Source of the DNA: Thermoplasmatales archaeon
Lineage (GTDB): Archaea > Thermoplasmatota > E2 > DHVEG-1
DNA: 64,000 nt
Direction of reading: 5' to 3'
Assembly (NCBI GenBank): GCA_041304825.1
Contig: JBFYMQ010000001.1
Span: 375-64,374, forward strand
Shown: one piece after another, positions 18,021 through 28,567 of the stretch
Position numbering within the stretch: position 1 is the first letter of the stretch
Layout of the letters: the number at the start of each line of letters is the position of its first letter
Position numbers and translations under genes: made by a program
The notes under the pieces: model-generated
Seen by the model: the letters and a program-made list of their open reading frames with translations, nothing else
Told to the model about the DNA's origin: nothing
Database searches by the model: none

Positions 18021-18838
18021 TGAACATCAGCCAGCCTACAGGCCTCTCCTTCCGCATGAACAAAACGACGATTCCGCAGCATTAAGTTATCGTAGTCTAC
18101 TTTGTGGCCATCAAACTCAGGGCCATCAACACACGCAAACTTCGTCTTCCCATCAATCGAAACACGACATCCACCGCACATCCCGGTACCATCGACCATG
18201 ATTGGATTTAGACTAACCAGGGTTTTGATATTATATTTTTTTGTAAGGGTTGATACAACCTTCATCATGATGATTGGACCGATTGCCATGACCATATCCA
18301 CTTTATGTCTGTCGATCACCTGTTGGAGGACCTCACTGACAAAACCTTTGTGACCTTTGGATCCATCATCAGTCGCAATATACGATTCATCGGAAAACAC
18401 ATGGATCTCTTTTTCTAATAACAAGAGATCTGCTGTTTTTGCTCCGAGGATGGATATCACTCGATTTCCTCCTTGTTTTAATGCTTTTATAATAGGGTAC
18501 AAAGGTGCGATACCAACCCCTCCGCCAACGCAGACGACCGTTCCGTATTTCTTGACCTCTGATGGCATGCCCAGGGGTCCTGCAAAGTTTTCGATTGAAT
18601 CACCGACATTCAGCGCACCGAGTTGTTTGGTGGTTTTACCAACCTCAAGAAAAATAATGGTAATCGATCCTTCTTTTGAGTCAGAATCAGCAATCGTTAA
18701 CGGGATTCGTTCTCCTTTTTCATCAATACGTAAGATGATGAACTGACCGGGTAAAGCTTTTTGTGCGACCAGGGGTGCTTTAATCTTCATGAGTTTGACG
18801 GAATCTGATAATAATTTTTTTTCGATGATTTCATACAT
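18017..18838 (-). CDS. nfnA: NfnA / SudB-like small subunit (PyrK-like FAD/[2Fe-2S] oxidoreductase).
   Basis: Has a ferredoxin-reductase-type FAD/NAD fold, with a C-terminal CGGCRV...C [2Fe-2S] motif. Confidence 0.8.
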   Translation of the reverse strand: MYEIIEKKLLSDSVKLMKIKAPLVAQKALPGQFIILRIDEKGERIPLTIADSDSKEGSITIIFLEVGKTTKQLGALNVGDSIENFAGPLGMPSEVKKYGTVVCVGGGVGIAPLYPIIKALKQGGNRVISILGAKTADLLLLEKEIHVFSDESYIATDDGSKGHKGFVSEVLQQVIDRHKVDMVMAIGPIIMMKVVSTLTKKYNIKTLVSLNPIMVDGTGMCGGCRVSIDGKTKFACVDGPEFDGHKVDYDNLMLRNRRFVHAEGEACRLADVQ

Positions 18839-18965
18839 ACAGACACATCAAAGAATCAATCCTTTTAACCAGTATTTTCTATACGTCTTTAATAGTTTCT
18901 GATTTTTTATATTCCAATGTAAATATTGTATGAGTCTCCCTTGTGTTTTCATTTCTGAAGCACTC

Positions 18966-21900
18966 TTAGGTCTTGCCTGGTTTCAAGATGATCGCACGAC
19001 CTGATCGTCCATCTAATTTTATATGTAATGGTGCTGAGAAATGCACGTGATCTACGTATTTCATTTTTTTTGTGTGACGTTGGTTCTCTAACCATTCACA
19101 ATCGATATAACATGATTCGGAGTTCAACGGTATATCGATATATCCGATTCCATGGCTGATCATGTTCTGGAAGAAATGTGTCCCTTGTGATGGTTTAATA
19201 TTAAAGTTTTCAAGGGCGGTTTCGATGATGACCCGCGCACCAGAGATTTGCCCCCAGCGAACAGGAATCCCCAACCACCTATCTTGAGTTCCCCATCTAC
19301 CAGGACCCATGAGAAGGTACGGGGCAGCGGATGCAACAAGAGTCTTGTTGATATTTCCAATTTCTTCAGCGATTTCGACGGTTTTTGATGAGTCGAAACG
19401 ATCAGAAGGAACATAGACAACATCTTGGATTGTATGAATTAATCCATTCCCTAATGCACGATCGGAACGGATGAATATTTGCTTCTTTGCGATTTTGTTG
19501 TCCCATCCGATATCAAGTTGCTCGGTGGAGACGACGAATGGTCGAATCTGCAGTATGCCAAAAGTCGGCCGGGTACGTTTCTGTGGATCGATATTTACTG
19601 CAAACTCAAATTCAACTGGGCATCCCATGCCTTTTTGACCAAGCAGTAAAAGGTCCTTGAGTAATGGCGCGAGGGGGAATGCATCGTATTTGAGGATTCC
19701 TGCAAACGTGATTAAGGGAAGTCCTGTCTCAGATAACCCATCCCGGATAACTCCATCGTTTCTGTCATAGCTACTTGCGACCTGGTCTAGGGAACCATCG
19801 TTTCTGATATCGGTTGTTTGTAGTTTGAGAATATGATTATCTGACGGGTCACATAATTGGAAGTCTTTATTATGGGTGTTTAAAACGTACAGCTCTCGTT
19901 GTGTATGTTCCAGGACTAATTCTGGTGAGGAAAAATCAGGGTTAATCTCAGGATACTGTGGACTGAAGCGGAAGACTTTTTCTCCACCGACCACCGCTTT
20001 CCCAAGACCAACGGCAATGTTGATGATTCCCTCCTCGGGTGTCTGATAGGTGACCGGATAGAAATTATAAGATTTCGCGACCCCAGAAAACGTAGGATAA
20101 TATCGACCGTTAAATTCAGTTCCGACAAGCTCTTGGATGATCACTGCCATTTTTTCTTCTTCGATTTTCAATGACAGGGACTCCGCGTATGCCTTTGGTT
20201 CTCTGAAAAAAACAGATGCATACACAAGTTTAATCGCCTGACAGAGCTGGTTTAACCGATTCTCATCATCCTGATGATTGTTCGGTAACAAATACGTTGA
20301 ATACATCCCTGCGAACGGATGATTTTGATAATCTTCAAGCAGGCTTGACGACCGCACTGCAAGAGGTGTACGGAAATGGTGTAAAATCACTTTTAGTTTT
20401 TGTTTTAATTCGCCGCAGATACCACATTCGAGAAACGCATTGGCTATCTCAGAGTCAGTGAATTGTTCATTTTTAAAAAAGCGATGGAGATTATGATCTG
20501 AGATAAAACGATCAAATTCAAGTGTGCCGATGACGACGGTATTTGGTACCTTGATTAGTATATTCTTATATTTATCTTCTAATTTATAATGAGTTAGAAG
20601 TGATCGCATGAATGCAAGACCTCGACCTTTTCCGCCCAGTGAATCACCACGCAATCGGGTAAACGAGGAGTCAAACTCAAACTTCTGCTCATCGAAATCG
20701 GTGATAATCCCTCTCTGTTTACTCTTTCTGGCTTCGTTAAACACTGAAATTAGATATTCTCGAACCGCGTTCAGGTCGGAGAAATCAGACACTTTTTTCG
20801 GTCGTAATTCCTTCGCAAGATCAAATTCACAGCGAGCCATGAGCCAATTTGAGAAATGATTTCGCTCAGAATGGTACAAGAGGGATTCCATGGGTATTCT
20901 CTGGAGTGCTTCTTCAAACTCCCGCATGTTTGAAGCCCTCGCAATCTCCGTCGTTTGAATATGGAGTTCCTCTGGGCTTGAGTAAATAATTTTCTTTTTC
21001 TGTTGTTTTATGTCCTTTGGCAATAAAAACAAGAAATCACCAAAACCAAGATGATTCACGAGGAAATGCTGGAAGTCTTGAACCAATGTTGGTGATTTCT
21101 TATGTAAAAAATATGCATCTAATATGTCCGCTCTTTCTCGGTTAGCAAGATCAGTAGATTGCATCATGATAGGCAGATGGATGGAATCCTTTCGAATTAA
21201 CCGCGCAAACTCAAATCCTGCTGTGGGATTGACAGAACCGTCTTTTTTAAAGGTGACATCAGATAGTATTCCAAGGATGTAATCCTTATATTTTTTATAA
21301 TAATACATCGCTTCTTCAAATGTCTCTGCGAGCAGAATTTTCGGTCGCGCTCTCCGACGTAACTGTCGTTGCATCTCGTTGAGATCCTCAGAAAGAGACC
21401 GACGAGTCTGTTGTACAACTTCGGTATATAATATCGGGAGGAACATCGAGTAATGATAGATGGAATCTTCTACCATGATTATGACACGAACATTTCCATT
21501 GACTGTGTCATAACGGACGTTCATGCTGTCTTCAACGTATTTGATAATTGCAAGAAAGAGTGTTGGATCCCCCGTCCAGGCGAAGATTTTATCGACGCCT
21601 TCTTTGACATCCTCGCGGTCCTGAAACTGGTTGATATCCGCACGATCCGTCGCAAGTAAGACAATCGGTAATTCCGGGTGGAGTTTCTTGATTTTTTTTC
21701 CAAAATCGAAAGGGTCCATTCCAATGTTTTTCGCCATAGTGATTATCAAATCGTATCGGTGTTCCTTGATTTTGTGAATTGCTTTCTCCCCTGAAAAAAC
21801 TCTGGTTACCCGCGGTGGTTGGCTCAGCAGGAGATGCTGATACTGTCCAATAACAAGCTCTGCGATCAATCCTTCTTCTTCGATGGTAAACGCATCATAC

Positions 21901-22034
21901 AAACTAGAAACAATTAGAATGTCTTTTACTCTATAGGGCATGAGGGCATGGTAAATTTGTGTACCTTGGTCGTAGGTTCCTTCGAAATCATCTTGGATTC
22001 GTGAGCTATGAAATCCTGCCTCTTCCACTTTCAT
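18966..22034 (-). CDS. Large protein (1022 aa): tandem receiver-like (pseudo-REC) N-terminal domains plus a PPDK-type PEP/pyruvate-binding ATP-grasp-like domain.
   Basis: The C-terminal half has RGDSLGGKGRGLAFM and LAVRSSSLLEDYQNHPFAGMYSTYLL. These match the PPDK_N motifs GGKGANLAEM and VAVRSSAxxEDLPxASFAGQ. The N-terminal ~300 aa show CheY-like alternating beta/alpha patterns (VKDILIVSS..., VRVIIMVED...). Confidence 0.6.
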   Translation of the reverse strand: MKVEEAGFHSSRIQDDFEGTYDQGTQIYHALMPYRVKDILIVSSLYDAFTIEEEGLIAELVIGQYQHLLLSQPPRVTRVFSGEKAIHKIKEHRYDLIITMAKNIGMDPFDFGKKIKKLHPELPIVLLATDRADINQFQDREDVKEGVDKIFAWTGDPTLFLAIIKYVEDSMNVRYDTVNGNVRVIIMVEDSIYHYSMFLPILYTEVVQQTRRSLSEDLNEMQRQLRRRARPKILLAETFEEAMYYYKKYKDYILGILSDVTFKKDGSVNPTAGFEFARLIRKDSIHLPIMMQSTDLANRERADILDAYFLHKKSPTLVQDFQHFLVNHLGFGDFLFLLPKDIKQQKKKIIYSSPEELHIQTTEIARASNMREFEEALQRIPMESLLYHSERNHFSNWLMARCEFDLAKELRPKKVSDFSDLNAVREYLISVFNEARKSKQRGIITDFDEQKFEFDSSFTRLRGDSLGGKGRGLAFMRSLLTHYKLEDKYKNILIKVPNTVVIGTLEFDRFISDHNLHRFFKNEQFTDSEIANAFLECGICGELKQKLKVILHHFRTPLAVRSSSLLEDYQNHPFAGMYSTYLLPNNHQDDENRLNQLCQAIKLVYASVFFREPKAYAESLSLKIEEEKMAVIIQELVGTEFNGRYYPTFSGVAKSYNFYPVTYQTPEEGIINIAVGLGKAVVGGEKVFRFSPQYPEINPDFSSPELVLEHTQRELYVLNTHNKDFQLCDPSDNHILKLQTTDIRNDGSLDQVASSYDRNDGVIRDGLSETGLPLITFAGILKYDAFPLAPLLKDLLLLGQKGMGCPVEFEFAVNIDPQKRTRPTFGILQIRPFVVSTEQLDIGWDNKIAKKQIFIRSDRALGNGLIHTIQDVVYVPSDRFDSSKTVEIAEEIGNINKTLVASAAPYLLMGPGRWGTQDRWLGIPVRWGQISGARVIIETALENFNIKPSQGTHFFQNMISHGIGYIDIPLNSESCYIDCEWLENQRHTKKMKYVDHVHFSAPLHIKLDGRSGRAIILKPGKT

Positions 22035-22268
22035 ATCGTCACTTCATTAGGATATAATCCCAACAATCAAACAGCTGACACTATTAGAATTTTTTTATAG
22101 TTATCAGAATGGCCTTCATATCGCATAAACATTTTATTAGCAATAAAAACATGTGTCTATCACCTCATGATATATTTTTAAATAATCCAAATGGAATACC
22201 TATTATGAGATGATGGGATATTACAAATTACATTCAATGTCGATAGACTCGATGTTGAGGATTTATCT

Positions 22269-22718
22269 ATGACTGATGAGAGCGAAACACAAGAAAAAGG
22301 AAAAACAATGGAGAAAACAGATGAGGAATCATCTCATACTGGTTCTTCCGCAGACCGTCTTGGGGCGACACAAAAAGCAGCCTGTCAGCAAATCATCAAA
22401 TCAGTATGGACCCATGAACCCTGGTTATTTTTCAAAGTGATTGTAAAAAGCAATGAAGAGATGGGCGATTATATCGCGCTACATGGGTTAGTTCCTCAAA
22501 ACGAACTCCCGGTCCATTTACGATATAAAATCCCAGAAAACGAGATATGGATCAGAGAAAACGTCTATGCAGATCTCGAACGGCGTAAAAGCATTCTTGC
22601 TCATGAGTATGCAGAACTTGATTTAATGGTCACCCAGGGGATAACCTACAAAGAAGCCCATGAAAAAGCGGAGTTCATTGAGCACCTGTATTATCCCTCC
22701 GATCCAAATTTAAAATAA
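22269..22718 (+). CDS. Hypothetical protein with an acidic N-terminus.
   Basis: A 149-aa ORF with no recognised family. It contains HEYAE. Confidence 0.3.
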   Translation: MTDESETQEKGKTMEKTDEESSHTGSSADRLGATQKAACQQIIKSVWTHEPWLFFKVIVKSNEEMGDYIALHGLVPQNELPVHLRYKIPENEIWIRENVYADLERRKSILAHEYAELDLMVTQGITYKEAHEKAEFIEHLYYPSDPNLK

Positions 22719-22777
22719 CTGTCCCCTTGATAGCCGCAGAAGACAGGATTACTTAAAGAAATTCTTTGAACAATATC

Positions 22778-23308
22778 TTATTTTTTCATCTTCTGAGATT
22801 TTTTTTCCTGAATAAGCCACATGCCCTCAGGTGAAAACCCTAATGTTTTATAAAAATGGAACGCGGGATTTTTAAATGCGACGCCAACCCCAATGAAATC
22901 CACTCCATGTTTAAATAACTCCTCAATGAGAATATCGATGAGTTTACGACCAACCCCGCTGTTTCGATACTTCGGATGGATACAGAGCTCATCGACAAAC
23001 CCCATACGTTCGATAGCATATACAACCGCTTCGTCACGTTCCCCAACATGGCCTGTCGCCATGCCAATGATTTTATTATTATCCTGTGCAACAAAAAAAA
23101 ATTGATCGGGGTCTTGTAGAAGGTTTTTCTGCCGCTTGATGATATATTTTTTACATTGACTTTTTGGTTTCAGGGTGTCAAGATTCCCGCTATAATGGGT
23201 ATGCTCCAGTGATGAAATCCAATATAACTCAAAAAACTCGTTAAGGTCTTCCTCAGATCCCTTTCGTATTTTCACCGAAGTTTTTTTCATATTCATCGGT
23301 CCACTCAA
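22778..23308 (-). CDS. GNAT family N-acetyltransferase.
   Basis: Has HPKYRNSGVGRKLIDILIEE (motif A). Confidence 0.7.
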   Translation of the reverse strand: MSGPMNMKKTSVKIRKGSEEDLNEFFELYWISSLEHTHYSGNLDTLKPKSQCKKYIIKRQKNLLQDPDQFFFVAQDNNKIIGMATGHVGERDEAVVYAIERMGFVDELCIHPKYRNSGVGRKLIDILIEELFKHGVDFIGVGVAFKNPAFHFYKTLGFSPEGMWLIQEKKSQKMKK

Positions 23309-23371
23309 CTATTTGGATTCAATGGAATCGGAAGATGATAGTTAGGAAAAAAAAGAAAAAAAATCGTGTGA

Positions 23372-24751
23372 TTACACGATTCCCTGATCGAGCATCGCAT
23401 CAGCGACTTTGACAAATCCAGCGATATTTGCTCCTTTGATATAATCGATTTTATCCTTGGAGACTCTTCCGTATTTCACGCAGGCCTCGTGGATGTTCTT
23501 CATGATCTGATGGAGGTGTTTGTCGACTTCTTCTGCGGTCCAGTTCAGCCGCATACTGTTCTGTGCCATCTCAAGACCAGAGACTGCGACACCACCAGCA
23601 TTGACTGCTTTGCCAGGAGCGTACATCATTTTCTCTGTGGCGAATTTCGCGGCTTCATAGGTACATCCCATGTTGGAGACTTCAGCGACTAACATACAGC
23701 CGTTCTTTGCAAGCATTTTTGCATCGTCAAGATCTAGCTCGTTTTGGGTTGCACACGGCATTGCGATATCACATTTCACGTCCCAAGGTCTCTTATTTGC
23801 ATGGAATGGAACATTGAATTTCTTTGCAAAATCCTCGACTCGATCATTGTTTGAGGCGCGCATCTCTAGCATATATTCGATTTTTTCTCCTTTGATTCCA
23901 TCCTTATCATAGATATATCCATCTGGACCGGAGAGCGTGACAACTTTACCGCCAAGCTCATTTATCTTCAATGCACAACCCCAGGCGACATTCCCAAAAC
24001 CAGAGAGTGTCACGGTCTTGCCTTTGAAACTATCATTTTTCAATTTGAGCATCTCGGAGGCAAAGTAGACACCACCATATCCCGTGGCCTCAGGTCTGAT
24101 CAGGCTGCCGCCCCAGTTCATGCCTTTTCCAGTTAAAACACCAGTAAACTCGTTTCTTAATTTCTTGTACATCCCAAATAAATATCCGATTTCTCTGCCA
24201 CCGACACCGATATCACCAGCGGGAACATCCGTATTCGGGCCGACATGACGGAATAATTCCATCATAAAGGATTGACAAAACCGCATGATTTCCATGTCTG
24301 ATTTTCCTCGGGCGTTGAAATCAGAACCGCCTTTTCCGCCACCCATCGGTAACGAAGTCAGGCTGTTTTTAAAAATCTGTTCAAAACCAAGGAACTTCAA
24401 AATACTGAGGTTGACACTCGGGTGGAATCGCAGACCTCCTTTGTATGGTCCGATTGCGCTGTTAAATTCGACTCGATACCCGCGATTCACCTGGATTTCC
24501 CCTTTATCATCGACCCAGGGGACACGGAACATGATTGCTCGTTCTGGTTCTACGAGTCGTTCCAGAATTTTTGCTTTTTTGTATTTCGGATTTTTTTCTA
24601 TAAAGGGCATGACGCTTTCTGCGAATTCTTGAACCGCTTGATGAAATTCTTTTTCACCAGGATTTTTTTCCATGACTTTTTCCATGAATGTTTTCAAATT
24701 TTCATCCATAAGGATAGCCTCCAAATGTTCGTGGTCCGTATCAGCCTCCAT
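23372..24751 (-). CDS. gdhA: Glutamate dehydrogenase.
   Basis: Has KGGLRFHPSVNLSILKFLGFEQIFKNSLT...GGGKGGSDF, the GDH signature. Confidence 0.95.
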   Translation of the reverse strand: MEADTDHEHLEAILMDENLKTFMEKVMEKNPGEKEFHQAVQEFAESVMPFIEKNPKYKKAKILERLVEPERAIMFRVPWVDDKGEIQVNRGYRVEFNSAIGPYKGGLRFHPSVNLSILKFLGFEQIFKNSLTSLPMGGGKGGSDFNARGKSDMEIMRFCQSFMMELFRHVGPNTDVPAGDIGVGGREIGYLFGMYKKLRNEFTGVLTGKGMNWGGSLIRPEATGYGGVYFASEMLKLKNDSFKGKTVTLSGFGNVAWGCALKINELGGKVVTLSGPDGYIYDKDGIKGEKIEYMLEMRASNNDRVEDFAKKFNVPFHANKRPWDVKCDIAMPCATQNELDLDDAKMLAKNGCMLVAEVSNMGCTYEAAKFATEKMMYAPGKAVNAGGVAVSGLEMAQNSMRLNWTAEEVDKHLHQIMKNIHEACVKYGRVSKDKIDYIKGANIAGFVKVADAMLDQGIV

Positions 24752-24898
24752 TATTAAAATCTATGTATTAAAAAAGGGAAAAAATGATATCACCTCAATG
24801 ATTTTCTGTTAGGAATAAACCTCTCAATTCCCCGGTTTTATCGCAAGGTATTAATAGAGATTAAAGATTCAAAAATCAACTAACGGGGGACAAATTTC

Positions 24899-25363
24899 AT
24901 GAGGACAGCAGATATCGACAGAATTCTTAAAAAACATGATAATAAAAAATCTGCGTTAATACCGATTCTTCAAGATATACAATCAGAACATCGATGGCTG
25001 CCGTGTGAGACCCTTAAATATGTGTCTGAAAAACTAGACATTCCCCTCATCGATGTGTATAGCCTTGCCACATTTTATAAGTCATTTAGTCTGAAACCAC
25101 GGGGAAAACATGTTGTGACAGCATGTTGTGGAACCGCCTGTCATGTCCGAGGTGGTCCTAAAGTTTTACAAGAATTACAAAATGAATTACACATAGGTGT
25201 TGATGAGACAACACCGGATCAAAATTTCACATTAGAGACGGTTCGATGTCTTGGTGCTTGTGCACTTGGGCCACTTGTGGTCATCGACGGAAAATATCAT
25301 GGGCAGATGAACACAAAAAAAGTCGCTTCGACTTTAAAAAAATACTCAAAGAAAAAGAAATAA
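24899..25363 (+). CDS. NuoE/HoxE-like thioredoxin-fold [2Fe-2S] subunit.
   Basis: Has ACCGTACHVRG ... CLGACALGPLVVIDGKYHG. Confidence 0.8.
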   Translation: MRTADIDRILKKHDNKKSALIPILQDIQSEHRWLPCETLKYVSEKLDIPLIDVYSLATFYKSFSLKPRGKHVVTACCGTACHVRGGPKVLQELQNELHIGVDETTPDQNFTLETVRCLGACALGPLVVIDGKYHGQMNTKKVASTLKKYSKKKK

Positions 25364-25408
25364 CGCATGGTTCAACAACCTTAAAATTATCCGGATATGT
25401 GATAAAAA

Positions 25409-28400
25409 ATGAAAAAAATACAAACCGCTTCGGATCTCAAGGATGTCAGAGAAACCATTACGAAAAACACACGGAACGGAAAAACTATCGTCACACTCTG
25501 TGGTGGAACCGGCTGCCATGCTTCAGGATGTAGCACCGTTATCTCCGCATTTAAACGAGAACTGAAAAAACAAAAACTCAAGGATAAAGTTGACCTAAAA
25601 GTAACGGGCTGTCATGGTTTTTGTGAAAAAGGACCTATTGTCGTCCTTCATCCAAAAGGAATTTTCTACAAACAAGTAAAAGCTAAAGATGTAAAAGAAA
25701 TAGTTGAACAGACACTTCTCAAAGGTAAAATTGTTGACCGTTTACTCTACAACGATCCATTAACCGGGAAAAAAATCACCTTGGAAAAAGACGTACAATT
25801 CTACAAAGGACAGGAACGCATCGTCTTTGCTGACAACGGCTTGCTTGACCCCTATAAAATTGAGGATTTTATTGCTATTGGTGGATATACCGCTGCAGTC
25901 AAAGCACTGACTACTATGTCCCCGGAAAGAATCATTGATGAAATAAAAAAATCAGGGTTACGCGGACGAGGCGGCGCGGGGTTCCCCACTGGGGTGAAAT
26001 GGGAATCATGTCGAAACGCAAAAGGTTCAACAAAATATATCATATGCAATGCAGACGAAGGTGATCCCGGTGCGTATATGGACCGGAGTCTTATTGAAGG
26101 TAACCCCTTTAGTATCTTGGAAGGAATGTTGATCGGTGCGTTTGCTATCCATGCAAACCAGGGAATCATCTATGTTCGAGACGAATATCCTATCGCTGTT
26201 CAAACTATGAAAAACGCAATCACCCTTGCACGAAAATGGGGGTTCTTAGGTAAAAATATCCTTGACTCGGGTTTTGATTTTGATCTTTCGATTGTTCGAG
26301 GCGCGGGCGCTTTTGTCTGTGGCGAAGAAACCGCTCTTATTGCCTCTGTTGAAGGAAAAAAAGGAGAACCACGACAACGACCACCGTTCCCGACCCAAAA
26401 AGGACTCTGGGGGAAGCCGACGAACATCAACAACGTTGAGACCTGGGCAAATGTCCCCTATATCATCAACAAAGGATCAAAATGGTATTCGAGTATTGGA
26501 ACTGAAAAAAGCAAGGGAACCAAAATATTTTCACTTGTTGGGAAGATTAACAATACCGGTCTTGTTGAAGTTCCGATGGGAATCACACTTAAAGAAATGA
26601 TTTATAGTATTGGCGGTGGTATTCCTGAGGGTAAATCCTTTAAGGCGGTCCAAACCGGTGGACCATCAGGTGGCTGTATCCCTAAAGAACTACTCGAAAC
26701 CCCTATAGATTACGAGAAGCTCAAGGAAGTAGGCTCCATCATGGGATCTGGTGGTATGGTGGTGATGGACGAGGACACCTGCATGGTCGATGTTGCCCGG
26801 TATTTCCTTGAATTCCTTCAGGATGAATCCTGCGGGAAATGTCTCTCCTGTCGTGAAGGAACGAAACGGATGGCCGAAATCGTCACCGATATTACAAAGG
26901 GACAAGGGAAAGAAGGAGACATTGAGCTCTTACAGGAGCTTGCTACTGCCGTAAAAGATACATCGATGTGTGGTCTCGGTCAGACCGCTGCAAACCCGGT
27001 GCTGTCAACAATAAAGTTTTTCTCTGCTGAATACGAAACCCATATCATGGACCGGAAGTGTCCAGCGGGAGTATGCAGAGATCTTTATATCTCACCGTGT
27101 CAGAATGCATGCCCTGCTGGTATGAACGCACCAGGATATATTTCATTAATCGGCGAGGGGCGTTTTACAGAGGCTCTTGAACTAGCGCTTGATACAAATC
27201 CATTCCCCTCCGTCTGTGGACGTATTTGTGATCATCAATGTATGTTCAAATGTCGACGAAATCAGATAGATGAACCGGTCGCAATCCGATCACTCAAACG
27301 GTTCATCGGGGATTACGAAGAAAATGGGATAGATTATCCAAAAATCAAGCTCCCTACGTTCACCATGCCTTTCAAAGTAGCAATTGTCGGTGCAGGACCT
27401 GCTGGTCTGAGCTGCGCTTATTTCCTAGCTCGATTAGGATACAAACCAACCGTGTTTGAAAAACTCCCTGTTGCTGGTGGAATGATGGCGGTCGCAATCC
27501 CGGAGTATCGACTACCGAAAGCCATTTTGCAACGAGAAATCGATAACATAAAGAAACTTGGTGTGAATATCAAGTTGAATACCCAAGTTGGAGAAGATAT
27601 CACTATCTCCCAGTTATGGTCCCAAGGGTATCAGGCATTTTTTGTAGCCGTCGGAATGTATGGTGACAGAAATTTGGGTATCCCTGGGGAGAACCTGGAA
27701 AATGTTATTCAAGCAGTTGATTTACTCTCCGACATCAATCTGGACAAACCCGTTGTGTCACCCGCCGGCAAGAAAGTAGTCGTTATCGGAGGTGGAAATT
27801 CAGCAGTCGATGCTGCACGAACCATGCTACGCATGGGTGCAAGCAGCGTTGCCATCATCTATCGTCGAACCCGCAGAGAAATGCCAGCGTACGTCGAAGA
27901 AATCGAAGCCGCCGAACATGAAGGTGTACAAATCAAATTCCTCACCGCTCCTGAAAAAATCTTCGGTGAAAAAGGTAAGGTAAAAAGCATCGAATGCATT
28001 AAAATGCGACCAGGGGAATTCGACACCGAAGGAAGACAAAAACCAGTGCCTGTCAAAGACAGCAATTTTTTCATTGATGCGGACATTGTGGTCCCTGCGA
28101 TTGGAGAATTTTCCGATGTGTCTGGATTGTTCACCGGGCTTGATGTAGAGACGAACCGTGACGGGACGATTAAAACAGACAAACACGGCAGAACGAGTAT
28201 TCCTGGGTTATTCTCTGGAGGTGATGTCGTTTCAGGTCCTGCAACCGTCATCAACGCGATTGCATCAGGGGAGCGTACCGCAGTTACCATTGATCAATAT
28301 CTCACAAAAGATAGAACCAGAAAATATCCCTGGCGGGAGCATAAGAAAGTTGATACGTTTTTTGACCCGGAGGCAGAACCAGTCAGTTACCGGATGCAGA

Positions 28401-28567
28401 AACCAAAGACACTCTTACCTAAGGATCGACGAGGGTGTTTCGACGAAGTGGAGTTATCATTTACTCAAGCGCTTGCAAAAAAAGAGGCAAAACGATGCCT
28501 CCGCTGCGACCTTGAGCTTGAGTTACAAGAAAAACTGCAAAAAGAAAAACCATTGGAGGTGACGTGA
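25409..28567 (+). CDS. Fusion protein: NuoE-like [2Fe-2S] domain, then NuoF-like NADH/FMN/[4Fe-4S] flavoprotein, then GltD/NfnB-like FAD-NAD(P) oxidoreductase domain.
   Basis: Has CGGTGCHASGC...GCHGFCEKGP; GLRGRGGAGFPTGVKWESC; CGKCLSCREG; VAIVGAGPAGLSCAYFLARLGYKPTVFE; VVIGGGNSAVDAART. It is a single 1052-aa ORF. Confidence 0.8.
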   Translation: MKKIQTASDLKDVRETITKNTRNGKTIVTLCGGTGCHASGCSTVISAFKRELKKQKLKDKVDLKVTGCHGFCEKGPIVVLHPKGIFYKQVKAKDVKEIVEQTLLKGKIVDRLLYNDPLTGKKITLEKDVQFYKGQERIVFADNGLLDPYKIEDFIAIGGYTAAVKALTTMSPERIIDEIKKSGLRGRGGAGFPTGVKWESCRNAKGSTKYIICNADEGDPGAYMDRSLIEGNPFSILEGMLIGAFAIHANQGIIYVRDEYPIAVQTMKNAITLARKWGFLGKNILDSGFDFDLSIVRGAGAFVCGEETALIASVEGKKGEPRQRPPFPTQKGLWGKPTNINNVETWANVPYIINKGSKWYSSIGTEKSKGTKIFSLVGKINNTGLVEVPMGITLKEMIYSIGGGIPEGKSFKAVQTGGPSGGCIPKELLETPIDYEKLKEVGSIMGSGGMVVMDEDTCMVDVARYFLEFLQDESCGKCLSCREGTKRMAEIVTDITKGQGKEGDIELLQELATAVKDTSMCGLGQTAANPVLSTIKFFSAEYETHIMDRKCPAGVCRDLYISPCQNACPAGMNAPGYISLIGEGRFTEALELALDTNPFPSVCGRICDHQCMFKCRRNQIDEPVAIRSLKRFIGDYEENGIDYPKIKLPTFTMPFKVAIVGAGPAGLSCAYFLARLGYKPTVFEKLPVAGGMMAVAIPEYRLPKAILQREIDNIKKLGVNIKLNTQVGEDITISQLWSQGYQAFFVAVGMYGDRNLGIPGENLENVIQAVDLLSDINLDKPVVSPAGKKVVVIGGGNSAVDAARTMLRMGASSVAIIYRRTRREMPAYVEEIEAAEHEGVQIKFLTAPEKIFGEKGKVKSIECIKMRPGEFDTEGRQKPVPVKDSNFFIDADIVVPAIGEFSDVSGLFTGLDVETNRDGTIKTDKHGRTSIPGLFSGGDVVSGPATVINAIASGERTAVTIDQYLTKDRTRKYPWREHKKVDTFFDPEAEPVSYRMQKPKTLLPKDRRGCFDEVELSFTQALAKKEAKRCLRCDLELELQEKLQKEKPLEVT

